In this document: positions 11,134-20,659 of the stretch, piece by piece
Numbering within the stretch: position 1 is the first letter of the stretch
How the letters are laid out: each line of letters begins with the position of its first letter
Assembly: GCA_046329115.1 (NCBI GenBank)
Contig: JAXLVG010000001.1
Span: 61,287-125,286 of the forward strand
Reading direction: 5' to 3'
Length of the DNA stretch: 64,000 nt
Source of the DNA: Flavobacteriales bacterium
GTDB lineage: Bacteria > Bacteroidota > Bacteroidia > Flavobacteriales_F > PHOS-HE28
The notes under the pieces: model-generated
What the model saw: only the letters and a program-made list of their open reading frames with translations
Told to the model about the DNA's origin: nothing
Databases searched by the model: none
Translations under genes and position numbers: made by a program

Positions 11134-12428
11134 TCACCTTGCCTGTCGGCGGCCGTCCCGGCCATGCGCCGCAGCCATGCGCCCGACCCGGTGCGGTCCA
11201 GGATCATCACCAGCACGGACGAGGCGTAGATGATATAGTAGGGCTCCAGTGTGATGGTCCGGAACCGGTTCTGCACATAGAAGCCCACGCTGAACACGAG
11301 CATGCACACGAGCAGGCCCACGATGAACAGGTGCTTTCGACCATCGCGCCGCAGGGCCCGCACGATGCCGACGTAGGCCAGAAGGTAGAGCGGTGCCGAG
11401 AGGAGGAAGGTGATGAGCCAGTTCGTGAAGGAGTAGTGGTTCGGGTTCATCCCGGGCATCAGGAAGTAGTACAGGTCGTACGCGGCCAGCTTCGCCACCT
11501 TGCTTGGGTTGGCACGGCACCAGGCGAGCGCTGCGTCCATGTAGATCGTCTGCCGCTCCTTCACCCCCACCGAGGCCAGGGTGTCCTGCAGTTCCCGCAC
11601 CACGTGGAAGTCCATGTTCAGGATGCGGCGGTGCTCGTCGCTGCCCAGGGGGGGCGGGTCAACGATGAAGCGATAGGTGTCCTCGTTGTGGCCCCACAGG
11701 AAATGGCCGCCCTGTCCGGTGCTGCTGAGCACGTACTGCCCGTGCAGCCGGTACTGGTAGAGCCCGTATGGAAGCGTGCTCGCCAGACTGATGGCCGTGA
11801 ACAAGGCGATGTGCCCCGCCCTACGCGCGGCGGTGGTCCGCATGTTGAGCCACAGGATCAGCGGAACGAACGGAGCGAACAGGAGAACGTGGCTCTTGGT
11901 AAGGAAGGTGATGGCGAAGAGCAGCGCGGCGAAGGCCGTCCATGCCCAGCTGTCCCGTTCCTGCGCCAACACGAGCACATAGAGGAAGAAGATGAGGTGG
12001 AGCTGGAAGGGCATGTCCTGGGCGAAGGTGCTCACCCACACCAGGGTGAGGGGGAACACGGCGTAGATGCCGGCCGTGACCAGGGCCACCCGCCGGTCGA
12101 ACAGCTTTTCCGCCAGCCGGAACAGGATGACTCCGCTGAACGCTGCGAGCAGGAGCTGCAATGTGCCGAGCGTCCATTTCCAGTAGGCGCCGAACAGCCA
12201 CTTGTGCAGGGCCTGGTAGCTCGCATATAGCGGTGCCATGGTGAACTGTGGCGCCTGGAAGTCGAAATCGCCCCGCTCGACCACGGCCGTGCTTTGCCGG
12301 TCGTAGACCATCGAGTCGCGGTCCAGGTCCAGGGCCAGGCGGTCGGCGACCCCGACGAAAGCCAAGCGCACCACCAGGCACGCCAGGAAGATGGTGCGCT
12401 CGATCCGGGCCGTGCTCCAATTCCCCAT
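11121..12428 (-). CDS. second GT-C fold membrane glycosyltransferase, PMT_2/ArnT-like
   Basis: Polytopic membrane protein. N-terminal loop DSMVYDRQSTAVVERGDFDF. Convergent with, and overlapping by 13 nt, the GT2 gene. Confidence 0.65.
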   Translation of the reverse strand: MGNWSTARIERTIFLACLVVRLAFVGVADRLALDLDRDSMVYDRQSTAVVERGDFDFQAPQFTMAPLYASYQALHKWLFGAYWKWTLGTLQLLLAAFSGVILFRLAEKLFDRRVALVTAGIYAVFPLTLVWVSTFAQDMPFQLHLIFFLYVLVLAQERDSWAWTAFAALLFAITFLTKSHVLLFAPFVPLILWLNMRTTAARRAGHIALFTAISLASTLPYGLYQYRLHGQYVLSSTGQGGHFLWGHNEDTYRFIVDPPPLGSDEHRRILNMDFHVVRELQDTLASVGVKERQTIYMDAALAWCRANPSKVAKLAAYDLYYFLMPGMNPNHYSFTNWLITFLLSAPLYLLAYVGIVRALRRDGRKHLFIVGLLVCMLVFSVGFYVQNRFRTITLEPYYIIYASSVLVMILDRTGSGAWLRRMAGTAADRQGDQRG

Positions 12429-12593
12429 GGGGTGTCCTTGAGTTCAACAGGCACGCAGCTGGACCACTGCGGGGCCCTGGTGGGTCGTTCCGGGTGGAGT
12501 GTTCCAGGGTGCGGGCATTCCGGGTGACTGCTGCGGTCAAATGTATCAGGGACCATGCGTGGCACGTGGTTATGTTTGCAGCAACAGCTACGC

Positions 12594-13145
12594 ATGGACC
12601 TTTCCAAGATCATCTCCGTCACCGGCAAGAGCGGCCTTTTCCGCGTCATCGCCCAAGGCCGCCAGGCCATCATTGCCGAATCCCTGGCCGATGGGAAGCG
12701 GGTACCCGTTCCCACCAGCGTGCGGGTGAGCTCGTTGGACGAGATCAGCATGTTCACCACGGGTGACGATGTGCCGCTGAAGGAGGTGTTGACCAAGCTG
12801 CACGAGCTGGCCAAGGGCGGCCCTTCCGCAGATCCCAAGGCCGACGACGATACGCTTTGGAAGGCGCTGGTGGCCGCGCTGCCGACCGCCGACCGTGACC
12901 GCATCTATTCCAGCGACGTCCGTAAGCTCTTCACCTGGTATGCCCTTCTGCTGGCCGCCGGTGAACTGAACAAGAAGGAGGAGAAGAAGGAGGAGGGCGA
13001 CAAGCCGAAGGAGGCCAAGGCCAAGAAGGATGCGGAGAAGGGGGGCAAGGTGAAGGCCGATATCGGTGCCAAGAAGGGCGGCGCCAAGGCCGGAGGCGCG
13101 CCGAAGTCCGCCACGCCCCGTCGCGGCGGCCAGCGCGGCAGCTGA
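12594..13145 (+). CDS. DUF5606-like protein with Lys/Ala-rich histone-H1-like C-terminal tail
   Basis: Start MDLSKIISVTGKSGLF is typical of a conserved Bacteroidota family. The tail is KKEEKKEEGDKPKEAKAKKDAEKGGKVKADIGAKKGGAKAGGAPK. Confidence 0.55.
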   Translation: MDLSKIISVTGKSGLFRVIAQGRQAIIAESLADGKRVPVPTSVRVSSLDEISMFTTGDDVPLKEVLTKLHELAKGGPSADPKADDDTLWKALVAALPTADRDRIYSSDVRKLFTWYALLLAAGELNKKEEKKEEGDKPKEAKAKKDAEKGGKVKADIGAKKGGAKAGGAPKSATPRRGGQRGS

Positions 13146-13251
13146 TCCCGGACGCCACAGGCACGGACTTTACCTGCCAAGAACAGCATCGCTTGCGGTG
13201 GACGACCGCTGGCCGGCGCGTTTATCTTGCCGCCGATCAACGTAACCCTAC

Positions 13252-15219
13252 ATGGTGTTCAAGCGCCCCATCGTGCACGCTGTTGCCCTCGTGTCCGCTG
13301 CCGGTATCGTTGCGCTCTTCGCGGCGTTCAACACAGCGGCCCCCACGGCGGGCCACTTCCACTCTGAAGAGGAGCTGGAGGCGTATGACCGGGCCGCCGG
13401 CCTGCCCTTCGCGGAGAACACCTACTTCAAGACCAGCGGCAAGTGCGAAGGCTGCCATGGCCATGACCCCACCGGGTTCGCCGGCGTTACGCAGGAGGGC
13501 GGTGTGGACGTGAACGTGGTGGACCATTGGCGCAGCTCCATGATGGCCAATAGCGCGCGCGACCCCTTCTGGCGCGCCAAGGTGAGCCACGAAGGACTGG
13601 TGAACCCCGACCACCAGGTGGCCCTGGAGGACAAGTGCACCAGCTGCCATGCCCCCGCCGGAAGGCATGACAAGCACATGCTGGGGCATGGTCCCTACAC
13701 CATCGCGGAGCTCACGCAGGACCCCAATGGACTGGACGGCGTGAGCTGTGTGCCCTGCCACATCCAGAGCGCGGACAGCATCGGAAAGCTCTTCTCCGGG
13801 GAGCTGAAGTTCGATACCCTCGGCCGGCCGCTCTATGGCCCTTATGGGAATGTGTTCGGTTCGCCCATGACCAGCTTCGTGGGCTATGAACCCCTGTTCG
13901 GTGCGCACATCAACCACGCCGGGCTCTGCGCGGGTTGTCATACGCTCATCACCGAGACCGCCGACCTGGAAGGGAACGCCACCGGTGGCGAGTTCGTGGA
14001 ACAGGCCACCTACCACGAGTGGTTGAACTCGAAGTTCAACGACCAGGAGCATCCGGAGACGGGCATCACCTGCCAGGGGTGCCATGTGCCCCGCATCGAC
14101 GATGGTGTGGTGTTGAGCGCGAACTACATCTTCCTCCAGCCCCGCAGTCCGTTCGGGCTGCATGACTTCGCGGGCGCCAACACCTTCATGCTCGGCCTGC
14201 TGAAGAACAACATCGATGCGCTCGGGCTCAGCGCGGACGCCACGCAGTTCGACAGCACCATCCAACGCACGGAACGCATGCTGCGCAATGGTCTCCTGGT
14301 GGAGGCCTCCATGGCGGACCGCACGGCGGACACGGCATTCATCGATGTGAAGCTCACGAACCTGGCGGGCCACAAGTTCCCCAGTGGTTACCCGGCCCGC
14401 CGCGCGTGGGTGGAACTGGTGGTGACCGATGCCAACGGAGACACGCTGTTCCACAACGGCGCCTGGGACGGCAGCTACGATGTGGTCGGCCATGATGCCT
14501 CGTGGGAGCCGCACCACGATGTGATCCGGAACACCGAGGACGTGCAGATCTACGAGATGGTGATGGCCGATGTGAACGGCGACAAGACCACGGTGCTCGA
14601 ACGCGCCGCCGACAAGCTGAAGGACAATCGCCTTACGCCGGAGCTGTTCTCCTCCGCCCACTACACCAACGACACGGTATTTATCGCGAACGTGCCGCCC
14701 ACCGATGCGGACTTCAACCGGTACGACAATGGCGACGAGGGCAGCGGCTCGGACATCGTGCACTACCATGTGCCCATGAACGGGTTCACCGGCCTGGTGA
14801 ACGTGCGTGCCCGGGTGTGGTACCAGAGCGCTCCGCCCCGCTGGATGGAGGAGATGTTCGCCTACAACAGCGCCGAGATCGACACCTTCCGCAACATGTA
14901 CCTGGCCGAGGACGTGTCGCCCTTCCTGGTGAAGGAGGAGGCGTTCAGCGACGTGAGCACGGGCGTGGACGACCTTGCCGAGCTGGGTGTGCGGATCGCG
15001 CCGAACCCAACGCCCGATGGTCAGTTGGTCATCACGGGACTGGGTCCTGAGGTGATCGGTGCCGAGGTGTATGACCTGCGTGGCGGTCTGGTGGCGGCGC
15101 ACCGCGCGAACAGCGGGTCCACCTGGCACCTGCGGTTGCCGGCCGGGCCTTCCACCTACCTGGTGAGCATCCGAACGCCCCAACGCACCTTTGTGGAACG
15201 CGTCGTCAGCCTGCGTTGA
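13252..15219 (+). CDS. multi-heme (5x CxxCH) c-type cytochrome with T9SS type-A C-terminal sorting domain
   Basis: Signal peptide. Heme motifs CEGCH, CTSCH, CVPCH, CAGCH, CQGCH. The C-terminal ~80 aa is T9SS-CTD-like (IAPNPTPDGQLVITGLGPEVIGAEVYDLRGGLV...VSLR). Confidence 0.75.
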   Translation: MVFKRPIVHAVALVSAAGIVALFAAFNTAAPTAGHFHSEEELEAYDRAAGLPFAENTYFKTSGKCEGCHGHDPTGFAGVTQEGGVDVNVVDHWRSSMMANSARDPFWRAKVSHEGLVNPDHQVALEDKCTSCHAPAGRHDKHMLGHGPYTIAELTQDPNGLDGVSCVPCHIQSADSIGKLFSGELKFDTLGRPLYGPYGNVFGSPMTSFVGYEPLFGAHINHAGLCAGCHTLITETADLEGNATGGEFVEQATYHEWLNSKFNDQEHPETGITCQGCHVPRIDDGVVLSANYIFLQPRSPFGLHDFAGANTFMLGLLKNNIDALGLSADATQFDSTIQRTERMLRNGLLVEASMADRTADTAFIDVKLTNLAGHKFPSGYPARRAWVELVVTDANGDTLFHNGAWDGSYDVVGHDASWEPHHDVIRNTEDVQIYEMVMADVNGDKTTVLERAADKLKDNRLTPELFSSAHYTNDTVFIANVPPTDADFNRYDNGDEGSGSDIVHYHVPMNGFTGLVNVRARVWYQSAPPRWMEEMFAYNSAEIDTFRNMYLAEDVSPFLVKEEAFSDVSTGVDDLAELGVRIAPNPTPDGQLVITGLGPEVIGAEVYDLRGGLVAAHRANSGSTWHLRLPAGPSTYLVSIRTPQRTFVERVVSLR

Positions 15220-15279
15220 GCAGGTGCCTCCGAAACCCTACCGACCTGCGGCCGTTAGAACGCGCTCCATTCCGTGCCC

Positions 15280-16134
15280 ATGAACCTCCTGCGCAAGTAC
15301 CCCGTCGCCATCTTCATCACGCTCACCCTGCTCGCGCAGTTCGCGGTGGTGCTTTTGAGCTGGATGCTCATTCCCGAAGGCGAGGAGATGCATGCGGACA
15401 GCCCCGGGGCACGGGCCGCGCACATGGTCTTCCGATTCCGCGTTTTTTTCCCCCTTGGACTGGCCATCATCCTCACCTTCCTGCTGGACGGAGCGGCCGG
15501 CGTTCGCAAGCTCTTTGCCTCCTTCTTCCACTGGCGTGTGCCGTTCAAGTGGTATGCCATGGCCGTTTCGTGGAAGTTCGTGCTGGGTTACATCGGAATT
15601 TTCTCCGTTGTGCTGATGGGGCTCCACCCTTGGCAAGGATGGATCAATGCCAACTGGCTGGGCAACCTGATCCACACGGCGTTCTTTGTTGTGGGCATCG
15701 CCATCGTGGAGGAGACCTCGTGGATACGTTTTTCCGTGACCCGTCTGCAGGAGAAGCGGTCCGCCTTTTTCGCCTGCACCGTGGTGGGACTTGCGTGGGG
15801 AGCCTGGTACCTGATGATGATGTTGATCGGTGAAGGCGTGCCGGATGGCATTCCCTGGTTCGCGTTCATCATCTCCATGTTCAGCCTCACCGTGCTGCTC
15901 ACCTGGGCCTATAACACCACCCGCAGCGGCACTGTGCTGCTGATCATGCAGATCTTCAGCAACTGTGCGTTCCTGGTGACCCCCATCCTGCCCGGTCCGG
16001 GGGCTGAGCCCCACGCCATGAACGGCTTCGTGGTCGCCTTCCTGGTGCTGGCCATCGTGCTGCTCCGGGTAGCTGGCACGGAACACCTGCGCGTGGGGGG
16101 CGAGCGCGCCCGCTGGAGCGATCCAGCGAAGTGA
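15280..16134 (+). CDS. CPBP family intramembrane glutamic endopeptidase (CAAX protease-like)
   Basis: Multi-TM protein with an EExxxR motif (IVEETSWIRF) and conserved His. Confidence 0.65.
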   Translation: MNLLRKYPVAIFITLTLLAQFAVVLLSWMLIPEGEEMHADSPGARAAHMVFRFRVFFPLGLAIILTFLLDGAAGVRKLFASFFHWRVPFKWYAMAVSWKFVLGYIGIFSVVLMGLHPWQGWINANWLGNLIHTAFFVVGIAIVEETSWIRFSVTRLQEKRSAFFACTVVGLAWGAWYLMMMLIGEGVPDGIPWFAFIISMFSLTVLLTWAYNTTRSGTVLLIMQIFSNCAFLVTPILPGPGAEPHAMNGFVVAFLVLAIVLLRVAGTEHLRVGGERARWSDPAK

Positions 16135-16157
16135 GCCATCGGCTTACCTTGGTGCGC

Positions 16158-17366
16158 ATGACGCGCCTCGCTTTGCTGTCGACCCTTCTGCTGGCTTTCC
16201 ATGCCCCTGGCGCACGCGCGCAGCATCCCGCTGTGCAGGCGGCCATCGATGCCGTGAACATCGATTCGCTCATCCTTGATCTGCGGCAATTGGACGGTGA
16301 GGCGCCCATTGACCTGGGCAATGGCCCCCAGTCCATCGTCAGCCGCAATAAGAACCAACCCGGGAATCCGCTTGCTGCGGATTGGCTCCAACTGCGGATG
16401 CAGCAGCTGGGCTTCGAGCCCACGTTGCAGGTGTTCAGCGGGGGCACGGGTGAGAACATCATCGCCGAGAAGCCCGGGGCCCTGCATCCGGAGCGGAAAG
16501 TGATCATCTGCGGACATTATGACGCCATGCCCGGCGGACCTGTGGCCGCCCCCGCAGCGGACGACGACGGATCGGGCACCGTTGCCGTGCTGGAGGCCAT
16601 GCGCGTGCTGCGCGACATCACCTTCGAGAACACGCTCGTGTTCGCCCTCTGGGACGAGGAGGAGCAGGGCAAGCTCGGTAGCATCTACTACGCCGGCGTG
16701 GCTGCGGCCAGCGATGTGGAGATCACCGGCGTGGTGAACATGGACGCGATCGCCTACGATGGCGACGGCGATGGCCTGATGCGCATCCACACCAAGAACA
16801 TCGCCAACAGCATCGCCATCAAGGATTCCGCCCTGATGGTGAACAGCACGTACGGCCTCAACCTCAACACGGCCATCAACCTGCCCGGCGCCACCTACAG
16901 CGACCATGCCTCGTTCTGGAACGAGAACTACGGGGCCATCCTGGTGATCGAGGACTTCGACAACGATGGCAACCCGCACTACCACACCACCACCGACCTG
17001 GTGGAGTATCTGGACCAGCCGTACTTCCAAGGACTGGCGCGCCTGAGCATCGGCACGGCCGCCGTACTTGCCAAGCCTTACGCATCCGTGCCGAACGCTG
17101 TGGTCGCTTCGGGCGCGACAGAGTCCGGCGCCTATGCCTGGCCGAACCCCACGCACGGCCCCGTGCGCGTGGCCCGCACCCGGACAGATCGCCCCGCTAC
17201 CGTGCAGTTGGTGGATCCGCTCGGTCGCGTGGTCGAGGAGCAGCGCCTGGGTTCCGGACAGCGGCTGCTGGACCTGGACCTCTCGGCACGTGTTCCAGGC
17301 ACCTACGAGGTGCGGGTCTTGGACGCGACTGGCGTGGGCTGCGTGCGCGTGATGCGGCTGCCGTAG
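16158..17366 (+). CDS. M28 family zinc aminopeptidase with T9SS type-A CTD
   Basis: M28 metal-binding motifs (CGHYDAMP, DDDGSGTVAVLE, WDEEEQG, HYHTTTD). The C-terminal CTD is AYAWPNPTHGPVRVAR...YEVRVLDATG...MRLP. Confidence 0.8.
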   Translation: MTRLALLSTLLLAFHAPGARAQHPAVQAAIDAVNIDSLILDLRQLDGEAPIDLGNGPQSIVSRNKNQPGNPLAADWLQLRMQQLGFEPTLQVFSGGTGENIIAEKPGALHPERKVIICGHYDAMPGGPVAAPAADDDGSGTVAVLEAMRVLRDITFENTLVFALWDEEEQGKLGSIYYAGVAAASDVEITGVVNMDAIAYDGDGDGLMRIHTKNIANSIAIKDSALMVNSTYGLNLNTAINLPGATYSDHASFWNENYGAILVIEDFDNDGNPHYHTTTDLVEYLDQPYFQGLARLSIGTAAVLAKPYASVPNAVVASGATESGAYAWPNPTHGPVRVARTRTDRPATVQLVDPLGRVVEEQRLGSGQRLLDLDLSARVPGTYEVRVLDATGVGCVRVMRLP

Positions 17367-17370
17367 CTGT

Positions 17371-19557
17371 TCAGCGCGTCGGCCTGATCACGCTGTCCAC
17401 GTGGTCGAGCACCTTCGTCATCAGGTGCAGGCGGTCGCGGCCGCGCACGTTGTGCGGGTGGCCCGGGTACACGAAGAAGTCCAGCTGCACGCCCTTGCTC
17501 ACACAGTTCTTGATGAAGGTGTAGCTGTGCTCGGGCAGCACCACGTCGTCCACGCCGCCGTGGATGAGCAGGAGCTTGCCCGTGAGCTTGTCGCACTTGT
17601 CCGGCAGCGCGCTGGCGGCATAGCCGTCCGGGTTCTCCTGCGGGGTGTCCATGTAGCGTTCGGTGTACATCACCTCGTACATGCTCCAATCCATCACCGG
17701 GCCACCGGCAACGCCCACTTGGAAGGTGCCTGGTGCCTTCACCATCAGTGAGGTGGTCATGAAGCCGCCGTAGCTCCAGCCGTGCACGGCCATGCGCTTG
17801 TCGTCCACGTAGGGCAGGCCCTTCAGGTAGTCCACGCCGCGCAGCTGGTCCTTCACTTCCACCTCGCCCAGCCGGCGGTGGATGGTCTGCTCGAAGTCGC
17901 GGCCGCGGTTCTCGCTGCCATGCCCGTCCACGGTGAAGACCAGGTAGCCGCGCTCGGCCGCTTCCAGCATCCAGTGCGAGGCGCCACCGATGAAGCTGTT
18001 GGTGACCAGTTGGGCATGTGGCCCGTTGTACAGGTACACCAGCACCGGGTAGCGGCGTGCAGGGTCGAAGGTGCTTGGTTTGATCAGGCGCGCGTTCAGC
18101 TTGTCGCCGTTCTCGCCGGGGATGGTGAACAGGTCGATGGTGCCCACGGCGTAGCTGGCCAGCGGATCCGGGCTTTCCAGCAGGGTGCGCAGCACTTTTC
18201 CCGTGGCGCCGTCGCGCACCTCCACGCGGCCGGGCACCTGCAGGCTGCTCCAGCTGTCGAGGAGCAGGCGCCCGTTGGTGCTGAGCTGTGCGTTGTGCGT
18301 GCCGGGCTCGTTGGTCAGCAGCAGGCTCTTGCCCGCGCGCAGGTCGATGCGGTACACGTGGGTCTCGGTGGCGCCACGCGGGTCCTGCGGGTCGATCGGC
18401 GCGGTGCCTTCCACGGTGAGGTGCCGCTCCTGCTCATCCAGCCCCACCACGCGCTTCACCACCCAGTTGCCCTTGGTGAGCGGACGCACCAGGCCCTTGC
18501 TCAGGCTGTAGAGGTACAGGTGCGGGTAGCCGTCGCGCTGGCTCCACCAGATGAACTTGTCCGGGTCGCTCTTCAGGAAGCGCATCGGGTGCATGGGCTC
18601 CAGCCACTTCGGGTCACGCTCCTCCAGCACGTCCTTCACCGCGCGGCCCGTGGCCGCATCGTACTGCACCACGCGCAGGTGGTCCGTGGCGCGGTTCAGG
18701 TGCACCACGAAGAGGCTGCGCTGGTCCGGCGACCAGGCCAGGTTCGTGAGGTACTGGTCCTTCGGCTCGCCGGTCTGCAGGAACACCGTGCGCTTGGTGC
18801 GGGTGTCGAACACGCCGATGGTGGCGTGGTGGCTGGTCTGCCCCGCCATGGGGTAGCGCGTGACGTTGAAGGTGCTGGGCTTGGTGCTGATGTCCTCGAG
18901 TTGATAGGTGGTCACCATCGACTCGTCCAGCCGGTAGAAGGCCAGGAGGTCGCCCTGCGGGCTCCAGAAGGTGCCCTTCTCCACGCCGTACTCGTTGCGG
19001 TGCACGTTGCCCGCTCCGTTCACGATGCCGTCGGCCCCGTCCGTGGTCACGCGGATGGTGTGCTCGCGCTCGCGGTTGGAGTGGATGTAGAGGTCGTTGC
19101 CGCGGGTGTAGGCCACCTGCATTCGAAGCTCATCGGGGTCCTGGTGGTCGGCATCGCCGGGGAGCGCCATGTGCTGTAGCAGCGTCTGCTTCGACAGGTC
19201 GTACTGGTAGATCACACTGTCCACACCGAAGTAGCACAGGTTGGCACCCGTCCAGCTTACCGGCGGCAGCCGCTTGAGCGGATCCTTGCGCTGGAGGCCA
19301 TCGTTCACCTGCTTCAGGGTGAGGATGGGCAGTTCGGCCATCTTGCCGGCCCCGGCGCGCCAGAGCGTGTCACCCTTCACGTAGCAATAGGTCTCCGTGT
19401 TCGGGATCCACTGCAGACCCTGCAGACGCTTCGGGGCCAGATCGGTGCCGGCCTTCAGCACGGCGTCCTTCAGCGTAAGCGTTTGCTTTTGCGCGTTTAC
19501 GGCCAGGGAGAACAGGCCGCAGGTCGCGATCAGAACACGGGGACGAAAAGGCATCAT
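17371..19557 (-). CDS. S9B family dipeptidyl-peptidase IV
   Basis: N-terminal beta-propeller plus catalytic triad context (HGWSYGGFMT, GGVDDVV, HPHNV). 728 aa with signal peptide. Confidence 0.85.
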   Translation of the reverse strand: MMPFRPRVLIATCGLFSLAVNAQKQTLTLKDAVLKAGTDLAPKRLQGLQWIPNTETYCYVKGDTLWRAGAGKMAELPILTLKQVNDGLQRKDPLKRLPPVSWTGANLCYFGVDSVIYQYDLSKQTLLQHMALPGDADHQDPDELRMQVAYTRGNDLYIHSNREREHTIRVTTDGADGIVNGAGNVHRNEYGVEKGTFWSPQGDLLAFYRLDESMVTTYQLEDISTKPSTFNVTRYPMAGQTSHHATIGVFDTRTKRTVFLQTGEPKDQYLTNLAWSPDQRSLFVVHLNRATDHLRVVQYDAATGRAVKDVLEERDPKWLEPMHPMRFLKSDPDKFIWWSQRDGYPHLYLYSLSKGLVRPLTKGNWVVKRVVGLDEQERHLTVEGTAPIDPQDPRGATETHVYRIDLRAGKSLLLTNEPGTHNAQLSTNGRLLLDSWSSLQVPGRVEVRDGATGKVLRTLLESPDPLASYAVGTIDLFTIPGENGDKLNARLIKPSTFDPARRYPVLVYLYNGPHAQLVTNSFIGGASHWMLEAAERGYLVFTVDGHGSENRGRDFEQTIHRRLGEVEVKDQLRGVDYLKGLPYVDDKRMAVHGWSYGGFMTTSLMVKAPGTFQVGVAGGPVMDWSMYEVMYTERYMDTPQENPDGYAASALPDKCDKLTGKLLLIHGGVDDVVLPEHSYTFIKNCVSKGVQLDFFVYPGHPHNVRGRDRLHLMTKVLDHVDSVIRPTR

Positions 19558-19642
19558 GGCAACAAGGTGGGGGGCGCGAAGATGGGCAAGTCGCCCCGAA
19601 GCCCTGAGGTCCTGGGTGATGGAAGGGGAAGCGGGGGACCGC

Positions 19643-20659
19643 TCAGATGATGTTCACCTCGCGCTCCAGCTCCACGCCGAAGCGCTGCTTCACGTCCTCC
19701 AGCACCGCCGTGCTTAGGTCGTACAGTTCGCGGCCGGTGGCCCCGCCGTGGTTCACCAGCACCAGCGCCTGGTCCTTGTGCATGCCCGCCGCGCCGATGC
19801 GCCGGCCCTTCCAGCCGGCCTTCTCGATCAGCTGGCCAGCCGCCAGCTTCACCAGCCCTTCCCCGGCGGGGTAGGTCACCAGGTCCGGTAGCAGCGTGCG
19901 CAGTTGCTCCGCCTGGGCCGCAGGCACCACGGGGTTCTTGAAGAAGCTGCCTGCGTTGCCCAGCACCTTCGGATCGGGGAGCTTGCTGCTGCGGATGGCG
20001 ATCACCGCCTCGCTCACATCGCGCAGGGTGGGCTGGGCGATGCCGCGCTTCTCCAGTTCCTGCCGGATATTCCCGTAGCTGGTGTTCAGCTTCGGGTGCT
20101 TGTGCAGGCGGAAGGCCACGTGCAGGATCACGTACTGGTCGCGCCCCGCGCGCTTGAAAAAGCTCTCGCGGTAGCCGAACTGGCAGGCCGCGCGGTCGAA
20201 GCGCACCACTTCACCATCGGCCACGCGCAGCGCCAGCAGGTGGTCGAAGGTGTCCTTGATCTCCACGCCATAGGCGCCGATGTTCTGCATGGGTGCGGCC
20301 CCCACGCGACCGGGGATCAGGCTCAGGTTCTCCAGCCCGCCCCAGCCCTGCGTCACGCAGTGCAGCACGAATTCGTGCCACATAACGCCGGCCCCGGCGC
20401 GCACCAGCACGCTGTCCGCATCCTCCTCCAGCACATCGATGCCGGGCACGGCGTTCAGCAGCACCACGCCGGGCCAGTCGCGCGTGAAGAGCAGGTTGCT
20501 GCCACCGCCGATCACCAGCCGGGGCAGCTCCTTCAGCTCCGGGTGCTGCAGGCAGGCGCGCAGTTCTTCGGCGTTCTGGAAGGTGACGAGGGCCGCGGCC
20601 TTGGCGGGCACACCGAAGGTGGTGTGCGGGGCCAGGTCGGCGTTGCGGAGGATCTGCAT
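19643..20659 (-). CDS. murB: UDP-N-acetylenolpyruvoylglucosamine reductase
   Basis: FAD-binding domain (VIGGGSNLLF) and MurB C-terminal domain (AGSFFKNP, GAAGMHKDQALVLVNHGGATG). Confidence 0.9.
   Translation of the reverse strand: MQILRNADLAPHTTFGVPAKAAALVTFQNAEELRACLQHPELKELPRLVIGGGSNLLFTRDWPGVVLLNAVPGIDVLEEDADSVLVRAGAGVMWHEFVLHCVTQGWGGLENLSLIPGRVGAAPMQNIGAYGVEIKDTFDHLLALRVADGEVVRFDRAACQFGYRESFFKRAGRDQYVILHVAFRLHKHPKLNTSYGNIRQELEKRGIAQPTLRDVSEAVIAIRSSKLPDPKVLGNAGSFFKNPVVPAAQAEQLRTLLPDLVTYPAGEGLVKLAAGQLIEKAGWKGRRIGAAGMHKDQALVLVNHGGATGRELYDLSTAVLEDVKQRFGVELEREVNII

Noticed and set aside
13237-15183. 648-aa antisense ORF opposite the multiheme cytochrome gene; likewise the long antisense ORFs at 5445-6713, 6946-8049, 11139-12230, 15909-17156, 17782-19179, 19904-20755, 23700-25016, 25738-29091, 28794-30782, 31139-32725, 34744-36300, 56475-58436, 60207-62402 and 62490-63755
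   Set aside because: In about 68% GC DNA, stop codons are rare in all frames. In every case the opposite strand encodes a protein with clear conserved motifs (DnaB, GyrB, SecDF, GSIII and others), whereas the antisense products are Arg/Ala/Gly/Pro-rich low-complexity sequences.
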